A DNA stretch of 64,000 nucleotides, from positions 16,598 to 80,597 of IMG/VR virus record IMGVR_UViG_3300017911_001490; one strand, 5' to 3'. Both the position numbers and the translations under genes were made by a program. Shown piece after piece: positions 32,603 through 42,944 of the stretch (positions are counted from its first letter, which is position 1; each line of letters opens with the position of its first letter). Origin of the DNA: a virus (Duplodnaviria > Caudoviricetes). The notes below the pieces were generated by a model. The model did not search any database. It was given only the letters and a program-made list of their open reading frames with translations, and had not been told where the DNA came from.

Positions 32603-33975
32603 GCGAAGAAACTAATAAACCGTCGGACGACGAACAAAAAACACAAGAGGAGACTCCCAAGGAGAATCCCTTATACAAAACTTTATTTGATGTAGCGGAG
32701 GAAGCTACCGAAGAAGTTGAACAGGAAGAGTCTAGTGGTAATGTTATCAATTTAAGTGAGGCAGTCGATGGACTCGACATGTCACAACCACAGGAGGAGG
32801 AAGTCAAAGAGGAAGCTAAGGAGGAGGCTAAGGAGGAAGAGCCTGAGAAAGCTGAACCTAAAAAGAAGAAACTTCGCAAAGTAGTTGATCCCGACATTCC
32901 TGATGCGGTAGCTAAGCAACCAGCATTTAACCAAAATATTGAGATCGATCCACTTGATGATCCGGACGAGAAGGAGTTTATGGATACTCTTATTCCAGAG
33001 GAGAAGGTGGTGTATGAGAAAATTCTGTATGCCGACAAGAAACTAGGTGGCGAGTACGAAGGTAGGTCAAAGAAATTTAAAGCATTCTTAAAGAAGAGTA
33101 AGGACTACTTGGATAAGAAGATGCAGGAGGATGACTTCTACGACCCTTCAACGGACGATCAGTACAAGGAGTTTATCAATAAGAATAGACCACAATTCTC
33201 ACGGGCTGATGAGGATAAGGTTTATCGTGAAATGATTCTTGAGGAAGCGGACAAGCGTACGCAAAAGCGTACGGACGCAAGAGTTCAGGAACTGGAAGCC
33301 AAGTTGCAACGCCAAGAGGTACAACCAAAGGTTCAACAGGCTAAGGCTAACTTCCGTAAGGTTGCACAAGAAACAGTAATACCTGAGGAGTATCGAAAGA
33401 CTTTATCGGGCGGAGATGAAGCAATACAGAAGTTTGCGGAAGAAAATCCTTTCGAGTATCAAATCCTTGAGAACTTCTCTCAGCAGTTACTTACTTATAG
33501 TGATGCATTGACTGACATCTTCCTTGATCCGACCACTCGACTTGACCTGGAGAATAATCAGATTCACAAGGACTTGAATAATTGGCTAGAGAAGGAGCAA
33601 GAGAATTTCATTCAATCGGGTCAAACCGAACAGGATGGCAAATTATTCATGCGTCGTGAGCGTTATTATCAACTTCCGGAAGACAAGCGTTCTCAGTACT
33701 ATACATGGAGTGACAATGATCTATTGAAGATTCTTGCTCTTCGGTATTCAGATTTGGTTAAGAACGCTCTGCATCAACAAAGATCGCAATTAGAGAAGGC
33801 GGGATATACAAGAAGTGAAGCACAACCTGTTCAACAACAAGCACCTGCGCAAACTCAAGCACCCGCACCAAAGCCTCCAGTTGTGGCAACTACACCAAGG
33901 CAAGGAACTACCGTTGATCCAAAACCTCAACAAAAGAATCCAAATAATGCACTACTCGGTGCGTTAGGTTTGTAG
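32599..33975 (+). CDS. Capsid scaffolding protein
   Basis: Acidic, coiled-coil, between portal and capsid. Confidence 0.65.
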   Translation: MSEETNKPSDDEQKTQEETPKENPLYKTLFDVAEEATEEVEQEESSGNVINLSEAVDGLDMSQPQEEEVKEEAKEEAKEEEPEKAEPKKKKLRKVVDPDIPDAVAKQPAFNQNIEIDPLDDPDEKEFMDTLIPEEKVVYEKILYADKKLGGEYEGRSKKFKAFLKKSKDYLDKKMQEDDFYDPSTDDQYKEFINKNRPQFSRADEDKVYREMILEEADKRTQKRTDARVQELEAKLQRQEVQPKVQQAKANFRKVAQETVIPEEYRKTLSGGDEAIQKFAEENPFEYQILENFSQQLLTYSDALTDIFLDPTTRLDLENNQIHKDLNNWLEKEQENFIQSGQTEQDGKLFMRRERYYQLPEDKRSQYYTWSDNDLLKILALRYSDLVKNALHQQRSQLEKAGYTRSEAQPVQQQAPAQTQAPAPKPPVVATTPRQGTTVDPKPQQKNPNNALLGALGL

Positions 33976-34095
33976 ATCCAAAAACATAGTTTTAGGTTAT
34001 AATTAAAGAATAGGCTTAAATACCGATTTCAAAGAAAAACACCCTATTTTATTCGAATTGCTGATTCCTTGATTTAGTCACGCTATTGTTAGGTT

Positions 34096-34117
34096 GTAAC
34101 ACGAATTATCGTATAAC
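34096..34117. promoter_or_regulatory. Operator motif upstream of the capsid gene
   Basis: GTAACAC-gaattatc-GTATAAC; TATAAT at 34128. Confidence 0.6.
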
Positions 34118-34137
34118 AACTAACACATATAATTACA

Positions 34138-35982
34138 ATGGCAGCAACTAACTCATCTCATTTAGCAGATCCAACAGCTATTGCTAACAGCAATCTAGTA
34201 AAAGATCCAGGGGTTGCTCGTATCATCAAATGTGATGACTCTACGGGCTGTACTCTTACTAACGCCTCCATCAAGGGTTTAACCCCTGCGGAATTCGAAG
34301 CTCTTTCCAATAAGGAAATTGACTTAGCTCGCGTTATCGCAAGCTCAGCAGAAGCAAGAATGTTAGGCGTTCAAGAAAGAGGGCTCGTTTCCTTACTCAA
34401 TAGCTCGATCACAAACATCAAGCCTTTGATCAACAAGGTAAACATTTCCGAACAATCAATCATCCTTCCATACATTCAGCGTCGTCAGCGCTCTGTAATC
34501 AACAGCGGATACTTCGCCGTTGAAGCAGGAAAACTTGCTGATGGAGGTTCACCAATCGATGCCGCTTACACCCGTTCAGGTGGTGACTGGGAAGCTACTG
34601 TAAATCTTGGTGCATCCGACTGGGCATCCCCAATCGACCACATCGAGCGTTACTTCCTTACCGGTGGTGTTCTCATCGCTAATCATTGGGACGACAACAA
34701 CGAACCTGTTGAAGTTCAGTTCAAAATCATCGGAGCCGCTAATGCGACTGCAGGTGGTATTTCTAAAGCTAAGGTCACACTTCGCCCAATGGGTAAACAG
34801 ATCAAGGCCGCAGGTTACACAGATGTTGAGTGGGGCGCTCTTAGTGCTGACTTCCAAGCTCAGTACGGTCCTGTTAAAGGTGTTGTTCAAACGATCGCTA
34901 ACAATGTTAACGACTTCGAAGAATGGTGCCGTAACCAACCAACCGACCTCAGCGTTAAGCTGATCGTCAACTGGTTGCAAACCACTCGTGAATCTCGCAC
35001 CGTAGATCAGTCCTATCGTGAGACTCTTCAGAAAATCATGAACGGTGAAGTCAATAGCTTCCTTAAGTCCATGGTTTACACTCCGCTTGCTGAGCAAAAC
35101 AAAATTGCTTCTCAAGCATCTCAAGATCAGTGGTTGCGTGCTACTTGGTTCAATCAACCAATTAACGATGCTCAAACACCTGAGACCTACATGCAACTTC
35201 CTGCGGTCACCGACCCAGAGGATAGCTCCTGCACATTGGAGTACAAATCCAACGCATTGGGAATCAAAGCACTTTTGGCTGAAGCTAATCGTGTTAAAGA
35301 TGGTGGCGGAGCCGCTCTTAACCTTGAGTCGTTGATGGCTGACATCTACTACTTGAAACGCAACCGGGAACAAGACGGATCAAACATCAGTGTTATCGAC
35401 TGCATGACCGATCGTTTCACCTACAACAAGTTGTTCGAAGTATTCAACAAATACTACACAGCTCGTTACGGATGGGGAATCGACCGCAACGCACAGATCA
35501 ACCAGCAGATCACCCACAATGGTATCTTGTTGTTCAACTACTCGATGTACGATCTTCCTGAAGTTGGTTGTCAGTTGGCAGTCTTCCACGATCCTTACTT
35601 CGACGATCTTATCAATCACCAATCCGCATTGTTCGGTTCTTCCGTTCAACCTGATGGTGACAAGGTAATTGACGAAGACGGAAATCGTTCCGGTCAAGCA
35701 GTTGTAGGTGCCGCTACTTACGCAAAGGTCATGAGAGCCATGTGGTTCGTTGATTGGTCTGATGTAAAAATCGGTATCGCTGGAACTAACTCCATCACCC
35801 GCAAGCAACCACATCCTGAAACGGATCGCTTGTACAAATGTCGCATGGCTCACAAGGAAACTGAGTACTCACTCCGTTCCACCAAGTGGACCACGATGAT
35901 GGATGTTCCTGCTCGTCACTTGATTATCGAGAACTTCGATGCTAACGCACAAGTTTCCGACTGGTCGAACTACATCACCTGA
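34138..35982 (+). CDS. Major capsid protein
   Basis: 614 aa, follows the scaffold, strongly biased codon usage (many C-ending codons such as AAC/TTC/ATC), own upstream regulatory site and downstream terminator. Confidence 0.75.
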   Translation: MAATNSSHLADPTAIANSNLVKDPGVARIIKCDDSTGCTLTNASIKGLTPAEFEALSNKEIDLARVIASSAEARMLGVQERGLVSLLNSSITNIKPLINKVNISEQSIILPYIQRRQRSVINSGYFAVEAGKLADGGSPIDAAYTRSGGDWEATVNLGASDWASPIDHIERYFLTGGVLIANHWDDNNEPVEVQFKIIGAANATAGGISKAKVTLRPMGKQIKAAGYTDVEWGALSADFQAQYGPVKGVVQTIANNVNDFEEWCRNQPTDLSVKLIVNWLQTTRESRTVDQSYRETLQKIMNGEVNSFLKSMVYTPLAEQNKIASQASQDQWLRATWFNQPINDAQTPETYMQLPAVTDPEDSSCTLEYKSNALGIKALLAEANRVKDGGGAALNLESLMADIYYLKRNREQDGSNISVIDCMTDRFTYNKLFEVFNKYYTARYGWGIDRNAQINQQITHNGILLFNYSMYDLPEVGCQLAVFHDPYFDDLINHQSALFGSSVQPDGDKVIDEDGNRSGQAVVGAATYAKVMRAMWFVDWSDVKIGIAGTNSITRKQPHPETDRLYKCRMAHKETEYSLRSTKWTTMMDVPARHLIIENFDANAQVSDWSNYIT

Positions 35983-35999
35983 TTCTAACCTTTAACAAC

Positions 36000-36049
36000 C
36001 CTTACTCCCCCTGACTGCGTAGCGGGCACGGGGGAGTGGGGTTTTTTTA
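36000..36049 (+). terminator. Rho-independent terminator after the capsid gene
   Basis: ACTCCCC...GGGGAGT stem followed by a T7 run. Confidence 0.75.
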
Positions 36050-36052
36050 TAT

Positions 36053-36415
36053 ATGAAACATTTATATTTCAAGAAGATGCCTTACGACTATGGTGCTGAA
36101 GTTCAGCCCTTAACCGTAGGAGTCAAGAAACGCGGAATTGGTAGTTACCAGGACAAGGATGCAAAAATTCTACTTAAACTCCACAAGGGTTTAGTTGAAG
36201 AGCTTAGCGAAGAACAATTCGAAGAGCTAAAAAAAAAGCTGAGGGTAGTTCCAACAAGTTTTCGAGCATTCAAGACGCTACCCCAAGACGCAACGAAGGA
36301 TCCCAATGCAGTGTATGCCGAGACCGAAAACAACGAATCGGACCAGTCTAAGGCAGAGGATTTGATCGAGGTAGCAGAGGCAGAAGTAGAAGACCCTCTT
36401 GAAGGGAAAGAGTAA
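36053..36415 (+). CDS. Hypothetical protein with acidic tail
   Basis: 120 aa ORF; contains an A9 run. Confidence 0.7.
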   Translation: MKHLYFKKMPYDYGAEVQPLTVGVKKRGIGSYQDKDAKILLKLHKGLVEELSEEQFEELKKKLRVVPTSFRAFKTLPQDATKDPNAVYAETENNESDQSKAEDLIEVAEAEVEDPLEGKE

Positions 36416-36570
36416 TGGACAGGCATTCTGCGGTCGGGTTGGCAGGAACTTTCGCTAGCTTTACCTTAGAAACAATCCATTTATACGCGGCTACCATCTG
36501 CGCTGTGTTGACGGCTGTCCATCTAGGTGTTAGCATTTATACGAAGCTAAAGGGGAAGGATAAGAAGTGA
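36415..36570 (+). CDS. 51 aa holin-like membrane protein
   Basis: Translated by hand: MDRHSAVGLAGTFASFTLETIHLYAATICAVLTAVHLGVSIYTKLKGKDKK; basic C-terminus; coupled on both sides. Confidence 0.6.
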   Translation: MDRHSAVGLAGTFASFTLETIHLYAATICAVLTAVHLGVSIYTKLKGKDKK

Positions 36571-37433
36571 ATACTGTAAACTACAATAATCTAGGTGCCA
36601 TAACTGACCCAACCTATGTTGGTGTTGACGACAATCGTCTTGTCATAACTACTAAGGTTCGCAATTTTGGTACTTTCGGCGCTACGATTACTGGAGATTA
36701 CACACCACTTCCTTGGTTTAAGGCAAGTAGCTTTAGAATATCCAACCTCACAGGTAAAACCATAGGGGTGCGACCTCGTCACATCTCCTCTATAGTAGAT
36801 AACTTCGAAGATAACTTATTCCCCGAATGGACAGGAACAATCGAGTCAAGTAAAAGACTTGATGAGGGACTTGTCGGGGCAAAGATTACAGGAACTGCAT
36901 ATCGTGCATTAGGAAATGATGTAATGCTGGACGGCACGGAAGTGGACTTTGTGGTCGAGCTTCCTGCGGGAGACTATTCCGTCAAGTTTTGCATCTATGA
37001 TGATTATTCCCGTGTCGGAATGACAGGAGCAGGTGAAGTAGTACTCACTCCTTCCAACTCAATAAGTAACACGAAATTAAAGGTAACAATTAGGATGAAC
37101 CCAAATGCGGGTACATACAGTGCTTACCTTGAAAATATTGCCCAGGGTACAAGAACTACCCTTGTTACGGATGAAGCTGGTGTGTTTGGTACGAATAATA
37201 TGATCGGCTCCATCATATATATAGACACAGGGGATGATGAAATCTTCGTAGACCCAATCGTGTTACACCAAAAAGCCAATCAGTCGATCGAGCATATCGG
37301 TCATGGTGGCAACTTTGTGTATCCTTGCATGGAAAATACCGCAGAATATGAGGTTATAAACTTAGGGAGTGAAGCCGGGAACTACGCCGATAACACTAAT
37401 CCCGTATCCATAAGCGGGTTCTATGCAGTATGA
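36567..37433 (+). CDS. Putative virion structural protein (beta-rich)
   Basis: 288 aa ORF in the structural operon. Confidence 0.7.
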   Translation: MNTVNYNNLGAITDPTYVGVDDNRLVITTKVRNFGTFGATITGDYTPLPWFKASSFRISNLTGKTIGVRPRHISSIVDNFEDNLFPEWTGTIESSKRLDEGLVGAKITGTAYRALGNDVMLDGTEVDFVVELPAGDYSVKFCIYDDYSRVGMTGAGEVVLTPSNSISNTKLKVTIRMNPNAGTYSAYLENIAQGTRTTLVTDEAGVFGTNNMIGSIIYIDTGDDEIFVDPIVLHQKANQSIEHIGHGGNFVYPCMENTAEYEVINLGSEAGNYADNTNPVSISGFYAV

Positions 37434-38158
37434 TTTCCTCAACCGTTACTCCTGGCTACAGTCCATCTCAGCAGTTCATAAGTTTTGTTGAAGGCTCTTC
37501 TTCGGAAGCACCTGATCCTGCAAACTATTCGCTCACGGTCTTAGCGGCCGACCATAACTTAAATACTCTTGATGGAGGTGATCCGACCAATGGGTTTGCC
37601 CCATGGGTTACAGATGTCCTTATTTACCCAAGTAGCGAGTATTGGGAGACATTATTAGAAGAAGGAAGGGTTCGACCATACATTGATCTTAGTATCTCCA
37701 ACTACAATACACTCCGTGTTCCTAGTGCTGTACATAACTATGATCTTTATGCCGATACCGCTAAATTCTATGAGAATATAGAAGTAGATGGCACAGCATT
37801 AGTAAGTGGAACCCTAACAATAGGCACAGCTAGCATACAACCTAACGGAGACGCAGAGTTTTCCAATATAAAGGGAGTATCCAATACACGGGCTGTGGTA
37901 ATGAACATCACTACCGACACTTTATTAGAGAACTCTCAGTCAGGTGCTATTATTAACTCTCAAGGAGGTTTAAACATTTCATTACCTGAGGTCGGGGAGG
38001 ATGGAGTAACTTTCAGTATCGTTCATTGCGGAGGTGGAAACACTACAACCATTGACCATATTATCCGAGCAAGAGGAAAAGTCTTAGCTGAGCAATACTC
38101 AGCTTGTACAATCTATTGGAATACCGATTCGTGGTATGCCTTTGGGGATTTAGTATGA
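37430..38158 (+). CDS. Putative virion structural protein
   Basis: 242 aa; C-terminal ISLP...GVTF-x-I pattern seen in fibre/decoration proteins. Confidence 0.65.
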   Translation: MISSTVTPGYSPSQQFISFVEGSSSEAPDPANYSLTVLAADHNLNTLDGGDPTNGFAPWVTDVLIYPSSEYWETLLEEGRVRPYIDLSISNYNTLRVPSAVHNYDLYADTAKFYENIEVDGTALVSGTLTIGTASIQPNGDAEFSNIKGVSNTRAVVMNITTDTLLENSQSGAIINSQGGLNISLPEVGEDGVTFSIVHCGGGNTTTIDHIIRARGKVLAEQYSACTIYWNTDSWYAFGDLV

Positions 38159-38907
38159 TCGCATTGCTTACATCCAGTACTGACACATCCAAGGCTAAAC
38201 TGCCTGCTGATGCGATGCCTGCTGTATTTGCACTTTCTGTAAATCGTAAGCTTAGATACTTGTACGAAGGGCCTTACTTTCGATTCTCTCGAAACGGGCA
38301 AGAGTATGATTACCCCGAAACCCCCGCACAAGAGGGAGATAAGATCGTAAAGATATACGACCAAAAGGCACACAATGGGCACACATCGTATGATGCTATA
38401 CAGACAGACCCCGATCTACAACCAACTGTTGGTTTGGATAATGGAGTACCATTTGCAAAATTTGATTTAGGTCAGTACATGACCATCGGAGTAGCATCAC
38501 AACTCACAAGGACAGACTTTACTATTACCATAAAGGGTAGCAGTTCCCACCCTCGTCCATTATTTGGATGTTGGGGAGCAGATACTCTATCGGTGGAACC
38601 AGGGCAACAACACGGAAGATATAAGCTAAATAATAAGCAAGTCGTGCTTACAGATTCAAATAATCGCATGACACAAATCTTCGCAGGAGTGGATAAGGCA
38701 CAAAATAATACCCGTGTCCTCGAGGCAAAAAGTAATACTTCCGAAGGTGCGGCACCCCTTCCCCTTGAGTTTACATCATTTGATAATGTCGCTATTGGCA
38801 GAATTGATACCAGGTATTTTTCAGGAACATTTTCAGAGGTCACATACCACGACAACTTGACGGAGCTTGCGTCAAATAGAATCTGGGAGGGGTCTAAGAA
38901 TGTTTGA
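38155..38907 (+). CDS. Putative lectin/LamG-like structural protein
   Basis: ALSVNRKLR-x-x-Y-x-G...IYDQ and terminal AIGR...FSG-x-x-SEV; ATG at 38155. Confidence 0.6.
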   Translation: MIALLTSSTDTSKAKLPADAMPAVFALSVNRKLRYLYEGPYFRFSRNGQEYDYPETPAQEGDKIVKIYDQKAHNGHTSYDAIQTDPDLQPTVGLDNGVPFAKFDLGQYMTIGVASQLTRTDFTITIKGSSSHPRPLFGCWGADTLSVEPGQQHGRYKLNNKQVVLTDSNNRMTQIFAGVDKAQNNTRVLEAKSNTSEGAAPLPLEFTSFDNVAIGRIDTRYFSGTFSEVTYHDNLTELASNRIWEGSKNV

Positions 38908-39364
38908 ATTAATCACAATGTTTTTAACGGGCGGTGGATCGGCGGCTCTTGGATCAATACTCAAGGGGGTGTTTGGTGCAATCAATGATTCTCGTCAACA
39001 AAAGTTTGAATTAGAATTAGCAAGGGAGGCACGCGGAAATGAATTTGCACTCAAGTTTCAAGAACAGCTTAATAGCGGTGAAGGTGGTAAGTTTACTCGT
39101 GCTACACGCAGGATGCTCGCACTCATCCTCGTCTCCACGCTCTCAGCAGTCGTCATACTCTGCACCCTCTTCCCCTCTGCAGAAATCATCACCCTCACCA
39201 ACCCTAGTGGAGAAGGTGCAACGGAATTCCTCTTTGGGCTCTTCTCTTTTCCAGCTAAGCAAACCCCTATATCATTAACCACTGGACACCTATCAACCTA
39301 TTTCGTTGTAATTATATGCCCTATGGTTGTCGGATTTTATTACACACCCGGAGGTAGACGATGA
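38900..39364 (+). CDS. Multi-pass membrane protein, holin-like
   Basis: Hydrophobic segments ending in VVGFYY; ATG at 38900. Confidence 0.55.
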   Translation: MFELITMFLTGGGSAALGSILKGVFGAINDSRQQKFELELAREARGNEFALKFQEQLNSGEGGKFTRATRRMLALILVSTLSAVVILCTLFPSAEIITLTNPSGEGATEFLFGLFSFPAKQTPISLTTGHLSTYFVVIICPMVVGFYYTPGGRR

Positions 39365-40137
39365 TGACTTGGAAGGAATTTAACGAGAAGGTACGCGTAT
39401 TCCTACTCGTAGATAGTGAGCGTAAAGGTAGAGGTGTGCAGGAAAAGATAGATTCACTAATTGCTAATGCAGTTCGTGATTTATCTACTTATGTAAAAGA
39501 GCTTCGGGAGCATCAGTTTAAACACTATGCAGGGAATGATTTAGTCGAGCCCGATCCATTGGATTTATCGTCGGTCAACTCGGAGAACTTGGAAGTTCAC
39601 AAAGGTATTTTTGGCGTAGCTAATGCACGCATCAAGCAGATCATCGTAAGAAGAATCCCCACAGCAGACAATGGGCAAGAGATTTCGCAGTACTTCTATC
39701 CCCAAAGGATTCCGTGGGAACATAGATTTAAACTTATAGACAGCAGTAATATGGAGAAGACCCAAGGTATGCCTGGTCGGATCGCATTCGGAGAAGGTAA
39801 GTTTTGGATAGCTCCTAAGGTGAGAAGTGATGAAGCATTATACCTATATTACAGCGGAGAACTCTCCTACACACCCATATACAAGGCACTAGAGAATGAC
39901 AGAGATAGACCTGTTATATTAGACGAGATGGAGGCAAAGGCAGTATCTGATTATGTCAAAGCCGAACTCGCCAAGGATGTTGAGAATGATCTTCAGATGT
40001 ATAACGCATACATGCAAATGTATCAAAAGGAACGCGCTCAGATTTACATCAATCGCAAACAATACGAGACCCCAACCGATCAGGCAGGAGTGACCAGTAT
40101 GCTAGGTGGGGCATTGGAGGAGACAACCATAGGATGA
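39361..40137 (+). CDS. Head-tail adaptor-like protein
   Basis: Position upstream of the nozzle-like gene; helical N-terminus and beta-rich middle. Confidence 0.55.
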   Translation: MMTWKEFNEKVRVFLLVDSERKGRGVQEKIDSLIANAVRDLSTYVKELREHQFKHYAGNDLVEPDPLDLSSVNSENLEVHKGIFGVANARIKQIIVRRIPTADNGQEISQYFYPQRIPWEHRFKLIDSSNMEKTQGMPGRIAFGEGKFWIAPKVRSDEALYLYYSGELSYTPIYKALENDRDRPVILDEMEAKAVSDYVKAELAKDVENDLQMYNAYMQMYQKERAQIYINRKQYETPTDQAGVTSMLGGALEETTIG

Positions 40138-42944
40138 GCGTACAAGACCGAATTACCCTTAAATCATACTTTATGTCAGGTGCGACTCTTGATGAGTCGG
40201 ACTTTGCAGACCTTATTGACTCAACCTTATTGGTCGAAGACTTGGTCACCGCTCTTAACTCAACATCCACAACCTTACCCTTATCGGCATCGGCTGGTGG
40301 AGAGTTAAACACCAAGATCACAGACCTGACCGCAAGGGTCACTACCCTAGAGGACGGGGAGAACACATTTGCTTCTGCGTATTACGACAAGGCTGAGGTA
40401 GATAATAAATTAGACGGAGTAGATAACTACATCAATTCCTTGCCATTTGAGGAGCAGATCTCCCAACTTCAGATAGATGTCCAGAGTGCCATAAATACGG
40501 CACAGACAAAATCTGATTCCGTACATAGTCACACGATCGCTGAGGTTACAGGCTTGCAGGAGTTATTAGATCAAAAGGCAACGATTGATGAACTCAATAG
40601 CGTCAAAAACTCCTTAATAGCTAGCATCAATGCCATACAAATTTCAGATGAAACTACAGAAGTGGGTTCATTGCAGACCGCAGTAGATGAAATTAATGCA
40701 ACGATTGCAACTCTCGCGACCAAGGCAGAGCTTAATGGGATAATTACAAGTGATGGGGAGGTAGACCTTAGTGGATACTACACCAAACCCGAGGTTGATA
40801 CTAAGATTGACTATGTAATGGGGATGCACACCCAAGAGCTTCCGGTATCTAACATTACTGGGCTTGGAGATGAGATCGAAAATAAGACCAATATTTTGGT
40901 CCAAGATCACTCAGCTAGAACAGATAATCCACATAGTGTAACCAAGGGACAGATTGGACTCGATAAAGTCGAGAACATGACACCCGTAGAAATGGTAACC
41001 GCAGGGGGCGGGTTATCCACGGAACTAATTGATGCAGTAGATGCAAGGGTGACGGAACACTTAGCCGCAAGTAATCCACATAGCATCAATAAGACGCATA
41101 TCGGACTCGATAATGTTCCCAATATAAATGTACAGGATCTACTTAATGATCATCTCTTGTCGACAAATCCCCACAATATCGACATATCAACCTATGACAT
41201 TTACACGACATCGGAGGCAGATCAGAAGATACAGGACTACATCACTGCAACCCGTTATGAATTTACTCCACTTACCAATGATGATTCTGCGGGAGAAGTG
41301 GGAGACTTTGCATACGACAATGAGAATCTATATTTTAAATCAAGACCAACAGAGTGGGTAAAGATTCCATTTGGTCCTGTCTATGTTGAAGAAATTGTCG
41401 AGGTCGAGCAGACCAGTACTGTAAGTGAGGAAGATATAAGTTCCGGTACACCCGTTCAGCAAGAAGCAACCCAAGAGGATGTGGATGCTGGATTGGCAAC
41501 TAGCGTTGGTGAGACCATAATCATTGTTAAGGAAACGGTAATTGTTGAGCGAGTAGCTACTCAGACCGAAATAGATGATGGTACTGCCACTGAAGAGGTT
41601 GCCACCCAAGAACAGATAGACGGAGGTAACACTACTGAAAGAGTATCAACTCAAGCCGAAATAGATGACGGTACGGCAACACAAACAACTGCCACTCAAG
41701 AACAGGTGGATGCAGGACTCGCTACATCAGTTGGGGAGACTATCTATGTAACAAATGTTGTCTATGTGGTTCAGGAGCCTACCGAGCAAGAGAGATTAGC
41801 AACCCCTGAAGAGACAACAGGTAATGTGGCAGAGGAGACAGTTGCTACCCAGGAGGATGTAGATGAAGGCAGAGCCACTAGCGTAGGTGAAACTATCGTT
41901 ATCGTAAAAGAAGTTGTACAGGAAGTTGTACAATCAAGTGAGGTTACCATTCAGGAAGTTAGTAATATCCAGGTAACAGAAGACTTCGCCCTCGAGGACG
42001 AGCAGGGAACACCTCTGTTTCAGATCAGTGATGAGAATAATATTCTCCAGGCACCTACCACGATTGACAACTTGTCAATCAAACAGGACGAAATTGCAAC
42101 ACAAACCCCGCTCACGATTGATGCACCACAGGTAAATATTACCAATACCTACATAGATGGTGGTGAGATTACGAATGTTACCAATGTAACAACCACAGAG
42201 TTTACTTCTGCAAATGCAGTAATAACCGACCTAAACACTACTGATCTGACCGTAAACAGACTTAAAGCTCAGAACTTTAAGCTCTTTGATCCAAGTCATG
42301 AAGCGACTGTTCGTTACGATTGGAGTGATGACAGACTAAAAGTTGATGATGGCAATGGTGAGAAGACATTTGCATACACAACTGACCAACCTGATCTATC
42401 CCCATATGCATTAAAAGCAGACATTCCATCTAATATCGGACCAGGTAAAGGAGACGGATCAGATGGTGCAAATGTAACAGATACTGTTCTTGACGCTACC
42501 TCAGGTGGATTAGCTTCGGGATATGCTTTCACGGAGGGTGCAGGACTTTATGCAGATGACCCAAATCTTGCGGGAGATCAGGAGTACTGGACATACGAAA
42601 CAGAGGGTATAGATACCACGGGCTTTGTTATTAACATCGGAGTGGGTGCTAATAATCCTAGCCTTAAATACAACTACCAAGATAGTAATTGGGAGTTCTT
42701 CGATGGTAATACTGCTGTTGCGGTTCGAAATGGTGCATCTCTCACGGAGGAGGTAATTGACGCAAAAATTGCGGCAGTAGTTGACTCGGCTCCCGCCCAA
42801 CTGAATACGCTAAATGAATTAGCCGCCGCCCTAAACGATGACTCAAACTTTGCAAACAATGTAACAAATCAGTTAAGTGACCTGCAGAGCCAAATCAATG
42901 CCCTTAGGACTGAGATTACTAGCAACCTTTATGCTTACGGGTAA
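40134..42944 (+). CDS. Long fibre-like protein with internal repeats
   Basis: LKSYF-x-x-G...F-x-DLIDS N-terminus, HSHTIAEVTGLQ, NPH-x-x-x-K-x-x-IGLD repeats, ATQE-x-x-D-x-G repeats, IVDSAP-x-x-LNTLNELAAAL-like C-terminus. Confidence 0.75.
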   Translation: MSVQDRITLKSYFMSGATLDESDFADLIDSTLLVEDLVTALNSTSTTLPLSASAGGELNTKITDLTARVTTLEDGENTFASAYYDKAEVDNKLDGVDNYINSLPFEEQISQLQIDVQSAINTAQTKSDSVHSHTIAEVTGLQELLDQKATIDELNSVKNSLIASINAIQISDETTEVGSLQTAVDEINATIATLATKAELNGIITSDGEVDLSGYYTKPEVDTKIDYVMGMHTQELPVSNITGLGDEIENKTNILVQDHSARTDNPHSVTKGQIGLDKVENMTPVEMVTAGGGLSTELIDAVDARVTEHLAASNPHSINKTHIGLDNVPNINVQDLLNDHLLSTNPHNIDISTYDIYTTSEADQKIQDYITATRYEFTPLTNDDSAGEVGDFAYDNENLYFKSRPTEWVKIPFGPVYVEEIVEVEQTSTVSEEDISSGTPVQQEATQEDVDAGLATSVGETIIIVKETVIVERVATQTEIDDGTATEEVATQEQIDGGNTTERVSTQAEIDDGTATQTTATQEQVDAGLATSVGETIYVTNVVYVVQEPTEQERLATPEETTGNVAEETVATQEDVDEGRATSVGETIVIVKEVVQEVVQSSEVTIQEVSNIQVTEDFALEDEQGTPLFQISDENNILQAPTTIDNLSIKQDEIATQTPLTIDAPQVNITNTYIDGGEITNVTNVTTTEFTSANAVITDLNTTDLTVNRLKAQNFKLFDPSHEATVRYDWSDDRLKVDDGNGEKTFAYTTDQPDLSPYALKADIPSNIGPGKGDGSDGANVTDTVLDATSGGLASGYAFTEGAGLYADDPNLAGDQEYWTYETEGIDTTGFVINIGVGANNPSLKYNYQDSNWEFFDGNTAVAVRNGASLTEEVIDAKIAAVVDSAPAQLNTLNELAAALNDDSNFANNVTNQLSDLQSQINALRTEITSNLYAYG

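Noticed and set aside
32490-33038. Long antisense ORFs such as 32490..33038, 34576..35373, 50010..50678, 56395..56976 and 62707..63147
   Set aside because: Ser/Leu-rich mirror translations opposite well-supported genes with biased codon use
36415-39364. Complete lysis cassette
   Set aside because: Holin-like membrane genes exist but no endolysin or clear spanin pair is recognisable in the window
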